A DNA stretch of 64,000 nucleotides. Source: the human T2T-CHM13v2.0 reference genome, Homo sapiens. Both the position numbers and the translations under genes were made by a program. Under the pieces are notes generated by a model. The model did no database searches. It was not told where the DNA came from and saw only the letters and a program-made list of their open reading frames with translations. Every line of letters starts with the position of its first letter. Positions within the stretch are counted from its first letter, which is position 1. Below are positions 19,289-34,620 of this stretch, piece after piece. The stretch is taken from assembly GCF_009914755.1 (NCBI RefSeq), contig NC_060941.1; one strand, 5' to 3'.

Positions 19289-22247
19289 TCTTAGTCTTTT
19301 CCAAATAATGCTCATTGTAGTCTTGGATAATTTGGTTTCACCTGCTAACCCTAGCAATCAATATTTAAGGCTGTGGCTCTCTAATCTGGGACCACTGTCT
19401 CTGCGGACTTTCAGCGAGGACAACCTTTATTCTGCCATGGAGGCTGAGCTCTGTAACGTGGTATATTGGGGTGGATAGGTGGTAATTTTGTGTATGGTTC
19501 ATTGCTGCCCTTTTGATGAAAAGTATCTTGTTGTATTTGGATTCTAAGCTGAAAATAGATCCACAGAATATTGTCTGTATAACATTATGAAACATTCCTC
19601 ATTTTACTGCTGTGTCCAATGCATGTGAGTTATACTTTCATTTACTAAGGCTTAAGAAGCCAAAGTAATAAAGGGCACCTACAAATGTTAAGCATAACAA
19701 TTTTGTAATCTATTTTAAAATTTTCTTTTTTAATAACTTTAAGATAAAATGTTCACCACTCATCTAGGAAGAAGGAAGTTTGGGACATCGTCTGACTCAC
19801 ATGGCCAAGGACATGGGTCAGGGCTGAGGTTTGGTCCTGGGGTTTGGAGCTGGGATAAATAACCCATCCAGGGACTGAAAAATGGAGAGGGGTAAGATGA
19901 GGCCAACATCCTGAGATACATGCAAAGGGAATTCTCCTGGGGCTCAGAGCCTGTGTTGTTAGGATGGGAAGAGGCCCAGTTGTAGGGGAAGAAGGACCAG
20001 GTGGTACGTGAACTTAGATTTGTCTGGCCTCACCCAGTCCCCAGCTTGTTGCCATGTCCTGTCTCTATCTTAGTTGCTATTGGCTCCCTGACTGATTCTT
20101 CCACTGTCTTGTCTGGCTTCTCTTGTTATACCTTCCAGTAGCTGATCCTGAACATGCACGTTGTCCTTCAGCAATACCAAATGCCTATGAGGTTTGTAGC
20201 CTTGCTCCCACTCTCTCTTATCGAGCCTCCACCTTTGCTTTGGCATTGATGACTTTATCCCCTGTCACGAAACTGATGGAGGGACTGTAGGGGCTCAGAA
20301 AAATGGATGAAGGAAGATGGGAGAAGCATTTTACAATTTACTAAGATTAAAGTATCACATCTCATCTCCCCAACCAACTCCCCAAACAGAAGAGCACTGG
20401 AAATAGAGATACCAGGAAAATAATGACAAGTAAGCAACACACAGAAGTGAGGAAAGAGGCCAGGTATTGTGGCTCATGGTTGTCATCCCAAGACTTTGGA
20501 AGGCTGAGGCAGGAGGATTGCTTCAGCACAGAAGTTTGAGAACAGCCTGGGCTGTTTCTCTAAAAAGAAAAAAAAAGTGAGGAAGGGAACTACCTATCCC
20601 AAGTGGCCACTCTGTGTCAGGCATTGTGCTAGATATTTCATATAGTAATATATGACCTTAGTTAATTTTCTCAATATTACCTTCTACTGCAAAATAGGTG
20701 TTATTATACCCATTGAACAGATGAGGAAGCATGCTCAAGTGTCTAGTGCCCAAGGTCAGACAGCTAGAAAGTTTTTCACGGCATCACATAAATAAGATTA
20801 TATAAATAAGAGTGTATGTTTCAAATAAATATTGCAGACATTGAATGTCTAAATTCTTCAGGGGAGAGAGAGATCCAGAGGGACTTGTATCAGGAAAAAT
20901 GCTTCATGAAAGTTCTGAGGCTACAGCCCAGTGCAGTGGCTCATGCCTGTAATCCTGGCACTTTAGGAGGCTGAGGCAGGCAGATTCTAATGAGCAACAA
21001 GGCAAAACCCCAGCTCTACAAAATACAAAAAAATTAGTCAGCTGTGGTGGCACATGCCTGTAGACCCAGCTACTCAGGAGGCTGAGGTGAGAGGATCACC
21101 TGAGCCCAGGGAGGTCGAGGTTCTCAAAAAAAAAAAAAAAGACAACAAAGAAGAAGATCTGAGGCTCCAAGAGCAAAGCCTTAAAAGTGAGTAGAACTTG
21201 GGTAGAAGAAGAGGTAGAAAGATAAGCCAGGCCCGAAGCATGGAGACAGAGAATGGACGTAGTGTGACCCAGAGGAATGTGTGTGCTAAAAGGTCGGAGG
21301 TGATCCTCTTGCCTTCTGCTAACAGTTTTGGGTAAGAAATGTTAAAAAAGTATCATGCACCCAGTGAGGGAGGCCCCTGGCTGCCAGGCTTGAAAGGGTA
21401 AGAATTCTCTGCCTGTCCTTCCTGGTACTCCATAGCATCACTTCTTTGCCCCTTCCCTCCAGCTGTGGGTTACAGTGGGAAGTGGGCCAGCCCCAGCTTT
21501 GTCACTCACGAGATGTGTGAGATTTGATAAGGTACCTTGACTTCCCGAGTCTGTTTCTTCATTTGCAAAATGGGACATATTGACGATTGATCACATGAGA
21601 TAACAGGTGTTGAGCACCCAGCACTGTTGAATGTGAGTTGCTCCTTTTGTAGTCCTTTAATATTCCTGGGCCTGGCCCAAGTTCTGCAAAGTCTTTGCAG
21701 ACAACTCATGGGGTGAGCCAGTTCTTGGAAGAAAGGGAAGATCACCTCCCACTTCCTGCACATTATATTCCTGCTTATGCATTCTGATGTCCTGCTTGCT
21801 TTTTTAGGCTCTAAGTGCTATCCTGCTGACTCACTTCCGACTTCTCGTTCTTCATGCTCAGCTCCTGAAAATGGAACAAAATGGAAAAGGCCGGAAATTG
21901 TACTGTCTGGTGATGTGTTTAAGGGGCCAGCCACTCCACGTGGATGGAATGCTGGGGACATGAACTGAGTGGTGCCCAAGATGATTTCTCCACTGGACAC
22001 TTGGGACACTTTGCCTTCGATTGTAATACCTGTACTAATAATAACCATCCCACTTACTGCTAGCAAGCCCCAGGCTATGTGCTTTCCATGGATTGTCTCT
22101 TTGAATTATCACAACTGCATCTGTCAGGGAACCTCTCTATTTTACAGACAAGGAAATTTTTCACACTAAGATAGGTTAAGGAACTTGCCCAAGGTCACAT
22201 AGCTGGTAAGGGACAGATTAAGGATTCAAACCCATGATCTAGATTTG

Positions 22248-22685
22248 GGCTGTCTAATATAGTAGCTACTAGCCACATGTGGCTAGTGAATTTTGTTTTC
22301 CTTTTTTTTTTTTTTTTTTTTTAGATAAGGTCTCACTCTGCTGCTCAGGCTAAAGTGCAGTGGCATGATCATGGCTCACTGCAGCCTCAACCTCCCTGGG
22401 TTCAGGTGATCCTTCCACTTCAGCCTCTTGAGTTGCAGGGACTACAGGCACATGCCACCATGCCTGGCTAATTTTTTTTTTTTTTTTTTGATAGAGATGA
22501 GGTTTCACTATGTTGCCCAGGCTGGTCTTGAACTTTGGGCTCAAGCGATCCTCCCACCTTGGCCTCCCAAATTGCTGGGATTACAGGTGTGAGCCATCAC
22601 ACCTGGCCTCTTTTAACTTTTTAGTGTGACTACTAGAACACAAAATTTCATATGTGGCTCTCACATTTCTCTAGGACAGCACTGA
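22248..22685. mobile_element. MER3/MER33-like hAT element with an antisense Alu (22300-22607)
   Basis: gctgtctaatatagtagctactagccacatgtggcta...ggacagcactg termini. Confidence 0.7.
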
Positions 22686-22705
22686 TCTAAATCATGAACA
22701 TTATT

Positions 22706-24614
<1,909 letters not shown>

Positions 24615-24939
24615 CATGAACATTATTAAATGATCATCAGACCAATGATTTCCCAATGTTTTTGATAAATTTTTGAGCACAACTCCTCAATTGTGTATTC
24701 TTATTTATTCATAAATGTTATACATTTGTGCTACTCTGTAATATTATGTACATTATAAAACATTGACAAAATGGATATTTTTAAAAGATGAAATTTAAAA
24801 AATGAAATAGAAATTGTACTAATTTCTTCCAGGAGCCTAGTGGGTCACTTTGTGCACCCCCCACCATGGTGTGCACACACCATTTTGGAAATTCTTGCAC
24901 CAGAGAGACTTAGAGCTCCTGGGGGCAGAGACTTTAATA

Positions 24940-25879
<940 letters not shown>

Positions 25880-26945
25880 CTATCTCCTCTCCCCCACAGT
25901 TGAAGTTAGCACCATGCCTAGATATAATTGGTGCTTAATACATGTTTGTGGAAGGAATAAATAACTCTTAATGTACAATTGTTTTCTCGTGGATTAGATT
26001 AATTTATTTATTTCACATGTATCAAGCACTTTCTATGTATTATTATAGTACTATACTAAGCGCTGAAAAAGAAAGTTTACAAAGACTAAGCTCCTTTACT
26101 CTAGGCCTGTGCTTCTTAAGCTCTAGCGTTTGTAAGAATGACCTGGAGAGCTTGTTAAACAGATTCCTCCTCTCCTCCTCCAATTCTTATTCAGTAGGTC
26201 TGAGGTGAAACCAGATAATTTGCTGAACATCTAAGAAGCTTTTAGGAAACTACACTTTGGAGGAGAGTGCTGTGCATTGGAAAATTGGAAACATCTCAAA
26301 TATTACATGAGGGTGAGTGTTGAAGAGAATTTATATTGCATTTTCACTATTTGCCAAGCACGTTTAAATACATCACCTCATTTAACCCTCATATAGACCT
26401 CATGAGTCATGTATTATTTCAGTTGAGGCAACTGAGATTGAGAAAGGTTAGTTAAGTTGCCTAAACTATAGAGTAAGTAAATGGCAGAGCTTGGGTTTGT
26501 ACCCACTTCTGCACTCAGTAATTCAGGCAAATCTGTAGCAAGTGTCTTCTTTTTTTTCAGGCACTGTCCTAAGGAACTGGGCATACAACATTGAGTGAGA
26601 CAGACAAGCTCTCTGTCCCCGGTCAAACTCAACAAGCACTTAAAATATCGATATGAGGGAGGCAGTGTCATGGAGATATACAACAGAAACGTATACTCTA
26701 GAACAGAGTTAGAACTTTCCAGGAAAAAAAGTAAAATTTACACGAAGACCTGAGGGATGAATTAGAGCAGTGAAGGATGAGCGGGAAATGTTTTGGGCTG
26801 AAGATATACATGAAGGCTTGAAAGCATTCAAGGAGCTGCAGGAAGTTCAGAATGTCTGAAGTGTGGAGTGGAAGGGAGAGATAAGACCCTTGAGGTAGGT
26901 AGGCAGGAACCAGATCATGCCAGGCTATTTAGGGGTACAGCCAGC

Positions 26946-28140
<1,195 letters not shown>

Positions 28141-28489
28141 AGATAGAGGAAAATTATTATTTTTGTGGTCAAGTTTACTTTTTTTGTTTTAATTTGCACC
28201 AACAGCTTTATCATTTGTCGACAGTGGAGTTCTGAATGCCAGAGATTCCTCCTCTTTTTGCCAAGATCAGGATTAACTATGGAGAGGACCGGCCGTAGAC
28301 TACGAACTGTCAGTCTACTGAGTTTCTGTCAGTCTTTTGAGTTTCCTTTGTCTTCTTGTTGAGTGACCTTGGACCTTGAGTTTCTGAAGCTCAACATTCC
28401 CTTTTTCTTCCCCTATTTTTTACCCCACACTTTACATCTTAAGTGGGATATTGGACATCTCGGATCAGTGGACCAGTGATGATTTGGAC

Positions 28490-29600
28490 TCCGCCTTCTT
28501 CGTCTAGGTCCCGCCCACTTTAAGACCCCACCCCTTCCCTAAGCCCCGCCCCTTGAAGAGGTTGTCTCGATATGACAGCAAATTCTCCACAATCCTGTCC
28601 TATAGGAGATCTAAAGGGTGGGACTTACATCAACCTTTTTTTTCCATTTGTTTTTTCAAGTGTCTATTTGGCCCAGGTTCCATCCCACTTCATTTTCAAC
28701 CCAAGGATTGGTTACTCTGTTCTTTGTCTCTGGCTCATGATTGGTTCTTTCGTTCCGCCCCTCTCTTCCAGCTTTTGCAGGCGGGATTACCACGCAGCTT
28801 CCTGCTCCTGCCAAAAAAAAAAAAATAAATAATAAAAGAAGAAGAAGAAAAGAGGAGAGAGGCGAAAGAAAAATGTCACAAAGATCTTTGCTTTTTAATT
28901 GGCTTTAAGCCTTGTCGGTCAAGCCAAACTCTGCCTTTGATTGGTCTTTCTATCTGCCCATCCCGGATCGGGGGCGGGATTTCCCCGGAAGACCCACACC
29001 TTGTTGCCACTGGCCGAACAGTGCGCCTGTCTGAAGCTCCTGGCCCAGGATTGGAGGCGGTGGCGGACAGGTGGGCGTGGATTGGCTAGGGCAGCCGGTC
29101 CGTGCAAGGCGGGGGCGGGGCCTCGGCGGCTGGTTGCGCGTGTCCGACGCTGGCTCCGCTCTATCCGGCTTTGCTAGGGGAGGTGAGTCCGGCCGCGGCG
29201 GAACCGGCGGCTGAGGAGGCGGCGGCTGAGGAGAAGGCGGCCGCGGCGGCTGAGGAGAAAGCGGCCGCGGGGACGGAAGCCGGGTGGGGGGGAGGGGGGG
29301 AGACGGAGCAGCCTTGAGCCCTGCGGGGCCGTTGCGCGGGGGACCCACCCGCTCTCCCCCCCAACCCTCCTCAGCAGAAGCAGCCGGCGGCGGGGGCAGG
29401 AGTCAGCCCGCTTCCGACCGTACCCCGCCCGCCTCCCGGGGCTCCTGTTCTTTGGCCCCGGGACCCTAACCTTCTCCCGGGGCGGTTCCCTCCGTCTGGG
29501 CGTCCGAGCGCTGCCCACATCTTTCATTCCTCCCTGCACCTCCTTCCCTTCACTTTTGCCCCGGCTCTCTTTCTCCTCTCTGTCCTGCTGTCGCCTCCTC
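28490..29600 (+). promoter_or_regulatory. NLK: CpG-island promoter of NLK (TATA-less; GC boxes and reverse CCAAT boxes)
   Basis: High GC and CpG density, NotI sites at 29237 and 29261, several CCGCCC/GGGCGG motifs, ATTGG at 28707, 28740, 28898, 28940, 29050 and 29081; about 1 kb upstream of the NLK start codon. Confidence 0.9.
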
Positions 29601-30276
29601 TCCTCACTCCAGCCTCCTTCCCTGGCTTATTCTGCCCAGGAAAGTTTGGAACCCCCGCCCCCCCTCCCCAATCAGGTCAACCTGACTAGGAGTAGGGGGA
29701 GATGTAGGAAGGCCTGAGAGTTCGGGGGGGGGGAAGCTGGAAGCTGGTTTCCCAGAAAATTTCCCCCCATCTTCTCCATTTAGGGTGGTGGGAATTTTTT
29801 TTAATCCTGTTTTTGAGGAGGTGGTAGGTGTTTAGAAAAGGATGTGGGAATGGAAGGGGTAGATGAGTCAACCCTCTTTCAAGATTCCAAGGGTGGTGTG
29901 TTACCTGATCCTTTTCGTGTGTGGAGTTCAGGGGGTCGGGAGGTTTGGCCTTTATTCCCACATTCAAAGTTGGAACCTCCCCCAAATTAAGAATGGAGTT
30001 TTAGTACCCACTTGTGGCAGGAATCCTGGGGGGAAGGGGTCCTTTTTTCCTTTTTCTTTTCTTTTTTCCCTTTTTTTTCCTTTTGGCAACCCACACCCTT
30101 CCACACACGCTCACCCCAAAATTAAACACCAAGATCCTCTAACTTGTTTGGATTGACTGATGAAGACATAAAGCTCTATGTTTTTTGAGGTGGAGTGAGT
30201 GGTTTTTCTTCATTTTTAAATGGCCAAATGACAGCTTGACCCAGTTTGCTTTCCAATCAAAGGGCATTTATTTTGA

Positions 30277-30734
30277 ATGTCTCTTTGTGGCGCAAGAGCC
30301 AACGCAAAAATGATGGCGGCTTACAATGGCGGTACATCTGCAGCAGCAGCAGGTCACCACCACCACCATCACCACCACCTTCCACACCTCCCTCCTCCTC
30401 ACCTGCACCACCACCACCACCCTCAACACCATCTTCATCCGGGGTCGGCTGCCGCTGTACACCCTGTACAGCAGCACACCTCTTCGGCAGCTGCGGCAGC
30501 CGCAGCAGCGGCTGCAGCTGCAGCCATGTTAAACCCTGGGCAACAACAGCCATATTTCCCATCACCGGCACCGGGGCAGGCTCCTGGACCAGCTGCAGCA
30601 GCCCCAGCTCAGGTACAGGCTGCCGCAGCTGCTACAGTTAAGGCGCACCATCATCAGCACTCGCATCATCCACAGCAGCAGCTGGATATTGAGCCGGATA
30701 GACCTATTGGATATGGAGCCTTTGGTGTTGTCTG
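30277..30734 (+). CDS. NLK: Nemo-like kinase, first coding exon (aa 1-153, phase-2 end)
   Basis: MSLCGARANAKMMAAYNGG, His/Ala-rich domain, then DIEPDRPIGYGAFGVVW (kinase subdomain I). Donor TG|GTGAGT at 30735. The ORF-track stop (TGA 30736-30738) lies inside the donor site. Confidence 0.98.
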
Positions 30735-33700
30735 GTGAGTATCCAAAGAAAAACACAACCTCTCATGGTTTCTTCTGTTGGTTGTCATTGGATGAGTCCA
30801 TCTCTAATGGTTGTCTCCATGTTGACCAAGGTGCAGCAAGCTTCTCAACCCAACTGTAGGAAGCCACCCTCACTTATGTGGTAAAGAGGCCTAATGCATT
30901 GGCTGTCTAGGCTCATGGCAAGTTTTGGTGGAGCGCCTTCTCATGAGCAACACACATAAGTGTGCTGTCTACCAAACTTTTCTATTAGAACCTAAGCAAG
31001 CCACTGAACACAGGATCAGTAGATGAATGTATGCAATACTAATTCCTACGAAGACCTTGGTCATCTCGTGTGTTTGATTCAGTGGCCCTGTGGCATTAAG
31101 TGTTAGCACCTGATCCAGACTGAATTCCTTTATAATACTCTTGTCATTAGGATATACTTTGCATAACTACTTTCCTGTCCTTTCTGTCTTTTCACTTATT
31201 TTGTGATCTTGATCTCCAGAAGAAAGATAGGATTCATAGTTGAACCAGTTAAGATCATTGCTTGAGTGGTTTATTTTAAACCATAAAGCTACAGTTGAGA
31301 AGTATGTAGCTGTAGCCTTTTGATAAGAATGCATTAAATATAGCATCACACATGAGTACCACAAATGAGGTTAGTAGACTAGCTATGCAGTGGCCCACAT
31401 TCAGTGTAATGTTTTAGTGTCATTTAGTGCCTCTTAAGTTGCTGTTATCTGTTGGTCAGTTGCTGTAGTAGGAAATAATACTTTTTTAACAAATGACCCT
31501 ACCTTTGCTAGTGCTAGGATATTTGTAAAAGCCTAAGGGCTTCTTAAATATAACATTTTGGTCTATTTGGTCTAACCTTAGAAAGATTAGTAGTTTATAA
31601 TAAAATATGTTTGTTCCTATCAAAACTAGAATGAACTGGGTTTTCTCCCAAGGACTAATGATTCCACTTTGGATAGATGAATTGATATTTTCAGTGCATT
31701 CAAAAATTGTTACTCCCGAGAAAAGCGCCCATTACCACAGGAAAATGAACTCTTTGGAACTAGCCCGGTAAATATCTCCTTTCGTCATTGTTTTTGAGGC
31801 TAAAATTGATGGGTGCATTGTTTATGCATTTTAACTGGCCATCTTATTTATATTTCAGATTTGATAATCTAGGCTGCTAAGTGATCTCATCCATTTTTTA
31901 AAAAAACTAGTAGAGTCCAGTGTTTTCTCAGCTAGTCCCCAAGGAAGTTTCTGCTGCAGCGTGGTCCTTTCTTCAAGGTGTGTGGGATTCAAGGTGGAAA
32001 AGAGTATAGCTGGTAATGGTGCCTTGGTCATTCTGCTCAGGGACCTGCCTGTTCCTGCCTTCCTCTCTTCCCTTCCACAGACTATCTCAGAGATTTAACT
32101 GTGAACTTATCCTTGCCTAACTCTTGAGGATTTCCAAGCTTTGGTTGGGGGATGGAACAGACAGGAAAACGGTTGTTCCTTGGTTTAAATTTTGTCATTG
32201 ATTTACTAATAACTTTTAGCACTTGTTTGGATCTTCTTAGATCTGGATGCTTACTTTCTTTTTTAGTGCCTTACATACAATGCTAAAAACTAGGGATACT
32301 GAAAGGGAAATGGGTTGCAGCATTCTTGAATATATTCAAAAGGCATTTTTCACTTACATTTCTATCAAAAAGTGATGTGACTTGTAGCAGTTTTTATTTT
32401 ATTTATTTATTTTTTTAAGGAAGGGGGCAATAAAGAACTGGAGTGCTGAAACATCTCACACAGCAAACGTTCTGCTAGTGGGTACTATGAATCTTTGATA
32501 TCTGAAAGCCCACATATATTTGGTTTGAAGCCATTCTAGAGGTTTTTAATTGATTGACTGCTCTACCACCTATGGAGTTTGTCTCATGTACTTAAAGTAC
32601 ACCTCTGTGCACCATCTTACTTCAGGTTTGTCTTGTGTCACTGACTACATTCGTAAGCCCCTTGAGGGTAAGGATTGTCTACTGTAGTAATCCTTTTCTC
32701 CTCAGCGCCTAGCACAGTGCTTTGGCATCTTTGCTGCTTGGTTAATTGATCTAGTCAGGTCCTTCTTTGTTTTGGCTTAAACAACAGAAAATTATTTCTC
32801 ACAGTTCTGGAGGCTAGAAATCCAATATCAAGGTACAGGTTTGGTTTCTTTTGAGGCCCCTCTGCTTGGCTTGTGGATGGCCGTCCTCCTGTGTTATCAC
32901 GTGATTCGGGTCTTTGTTTTTTTAACCAAGTTTTTCTAGTTAACTGCATTGAGTGTTTTCATCAGCTGTTACAGGTGAAATACAATTTGGTATGAAAAAG
33001 GAAAGAGTTCCAGGTGTATGTTTTAGTATGCAAATGCTTTTCTATTTTTATATTTACATGTCAATGACTTGCTGTCTGAATTCCTTATTATATTTGAAAT
33101 TTAACTGTTGTATGACCTAAGTAAGACTGTTTAGAGATTTGAAAACCAAACTACCGGGAATTGCACTAATATTCTGAAACCCAAGGTAAAGATATTAGTG
33201 AGGTTTTTTACTTTTTAACTGAAACAGAATGTATCTTTTTAATTTAGGAAGCACCTTATGAATTGGAAACAACTTTTTTCTAAAATGATTATAATGGAAC
33301 ATAAAAATGTTCTCCCAGTGATGCATCCTTTGATTGAAACCGCCATGTAACTAACTACCGGGGTATTATAAGATTCACTTAATTCAAACATATATTCATT
33401 TAATGCACTTTGCAAGTATTCTTCTGGAATAGCATATGACAAGAAACTGTATTTGCCCACATTTCCTTGGGGACATACACCCAGGGGTACTAACTGATGG
33501 CTAAAAAAGTGGCATGCAATTTTGAGAGAGATTGTTGTTTCTCCATGTAGACAAGGAGAGATATTTGTAGAAGTGATGCAGCATTTTACCAGATTTATCA
33601 CTGAACAATTTAGTCTAGCTGACTTGATTTATCTTTCTGTTGAATTTAACTAGTGGAATAACTTATCAGTATTGGACAGTTGTGTAAAAGTAGTGAATTA

Positions 33701-34424
33701 CTCATTAGCTTGCTGGTAAGGATGGTGCTGTGACAGTTCAATTAAGGTTTCATTAACAACTGTCTGCTGTATTTTATCTCAAAGTAAGAGTTCCAGTTTA
33801 CCTGGTAATGTGATTGTGGGATAACCTGAGATAACATTTGTTGCCACTGATAGAATGTTGTTTATGGGTTATCAAGATATCATATACAATTTGACCTTCT
33901 TTTTGAGACATTACAGCCTCCAAACACCCACATGGACATTTTCATAATGCAAAAACAAAACACAAAGCAACCCACAAATAGTAACTTCAGTCATTTGGTG
34001 AGTAATATAAATCTACCTTTTTGTCTGCAGTTCACATTTGCCAGAGGAAAATGCTGTGGTTAAAGATGTAACAACTTTGGGACAAAGAGTTTCAGGGGCT
34101 CATAATTTTGAGAGATGGAGGAAGTTGACCGCATGAGAGTGGTTTGAGGATCGCTGTGCCTAGACCGTTTTTGACATTGGCAACTTAACATATCAGAGAT
34201 GGAATTAATGGCACATATTGCCACCTTGGTAAAAGTGAGTCTGGGAAAAGACTTTTTTATAAAATTAGCATTTTGGTTTGTGACTTGCCTGATTAATTAA
34301 AAGATCAAAAATCCTGGGATTCACTTGCTCTGTTGCCTTTGTGTACTCCAAGTAATGTTGGAGGTCTTTGAATTTTATTATTCTAATAACTTCAGCAGGT
34401 TACTTTTATCTGTCTTTCAAAACT

Positions 34425-34620
34425 GTAGTGATAGTTACTAGCTCTGTGATCTCGATAAATTATTTGACTTCTCTGTTCCTCATCTATAAAATGGGGATAA
34501 TAATAGTACTTATCTCAGGATTGATGTGAAGATTAAGTGAGGTAATTCTTGTAAACCAATGATTACACTGTCTAGCACACAGTAAGCATCAATAAATGTT
34601 AGTTGTTTTTATTGTAGTTA
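34425..34620. mobile_element. MIR
   Basis: MIR core: ctctgttcctcatctataaaatggggataataatagtacttatctcaggattgatgtgaagattaa. Confidence 0.8.

Noticed and set aside
28919-29539. Pro/Ala/Arg-rich ORFs in the CpG island (for example AEEAAAEEKAAAAAEEKAAA)
   Set aside because: Stop-poor GC-rich sequence and a short tandem repeat; no recognisable protein.
30246-30756. Overlapping and antisense ORFs across NLK exon 1
   Set aside because: Expected shadow frames of CAC/GCN-rich coding sequence.
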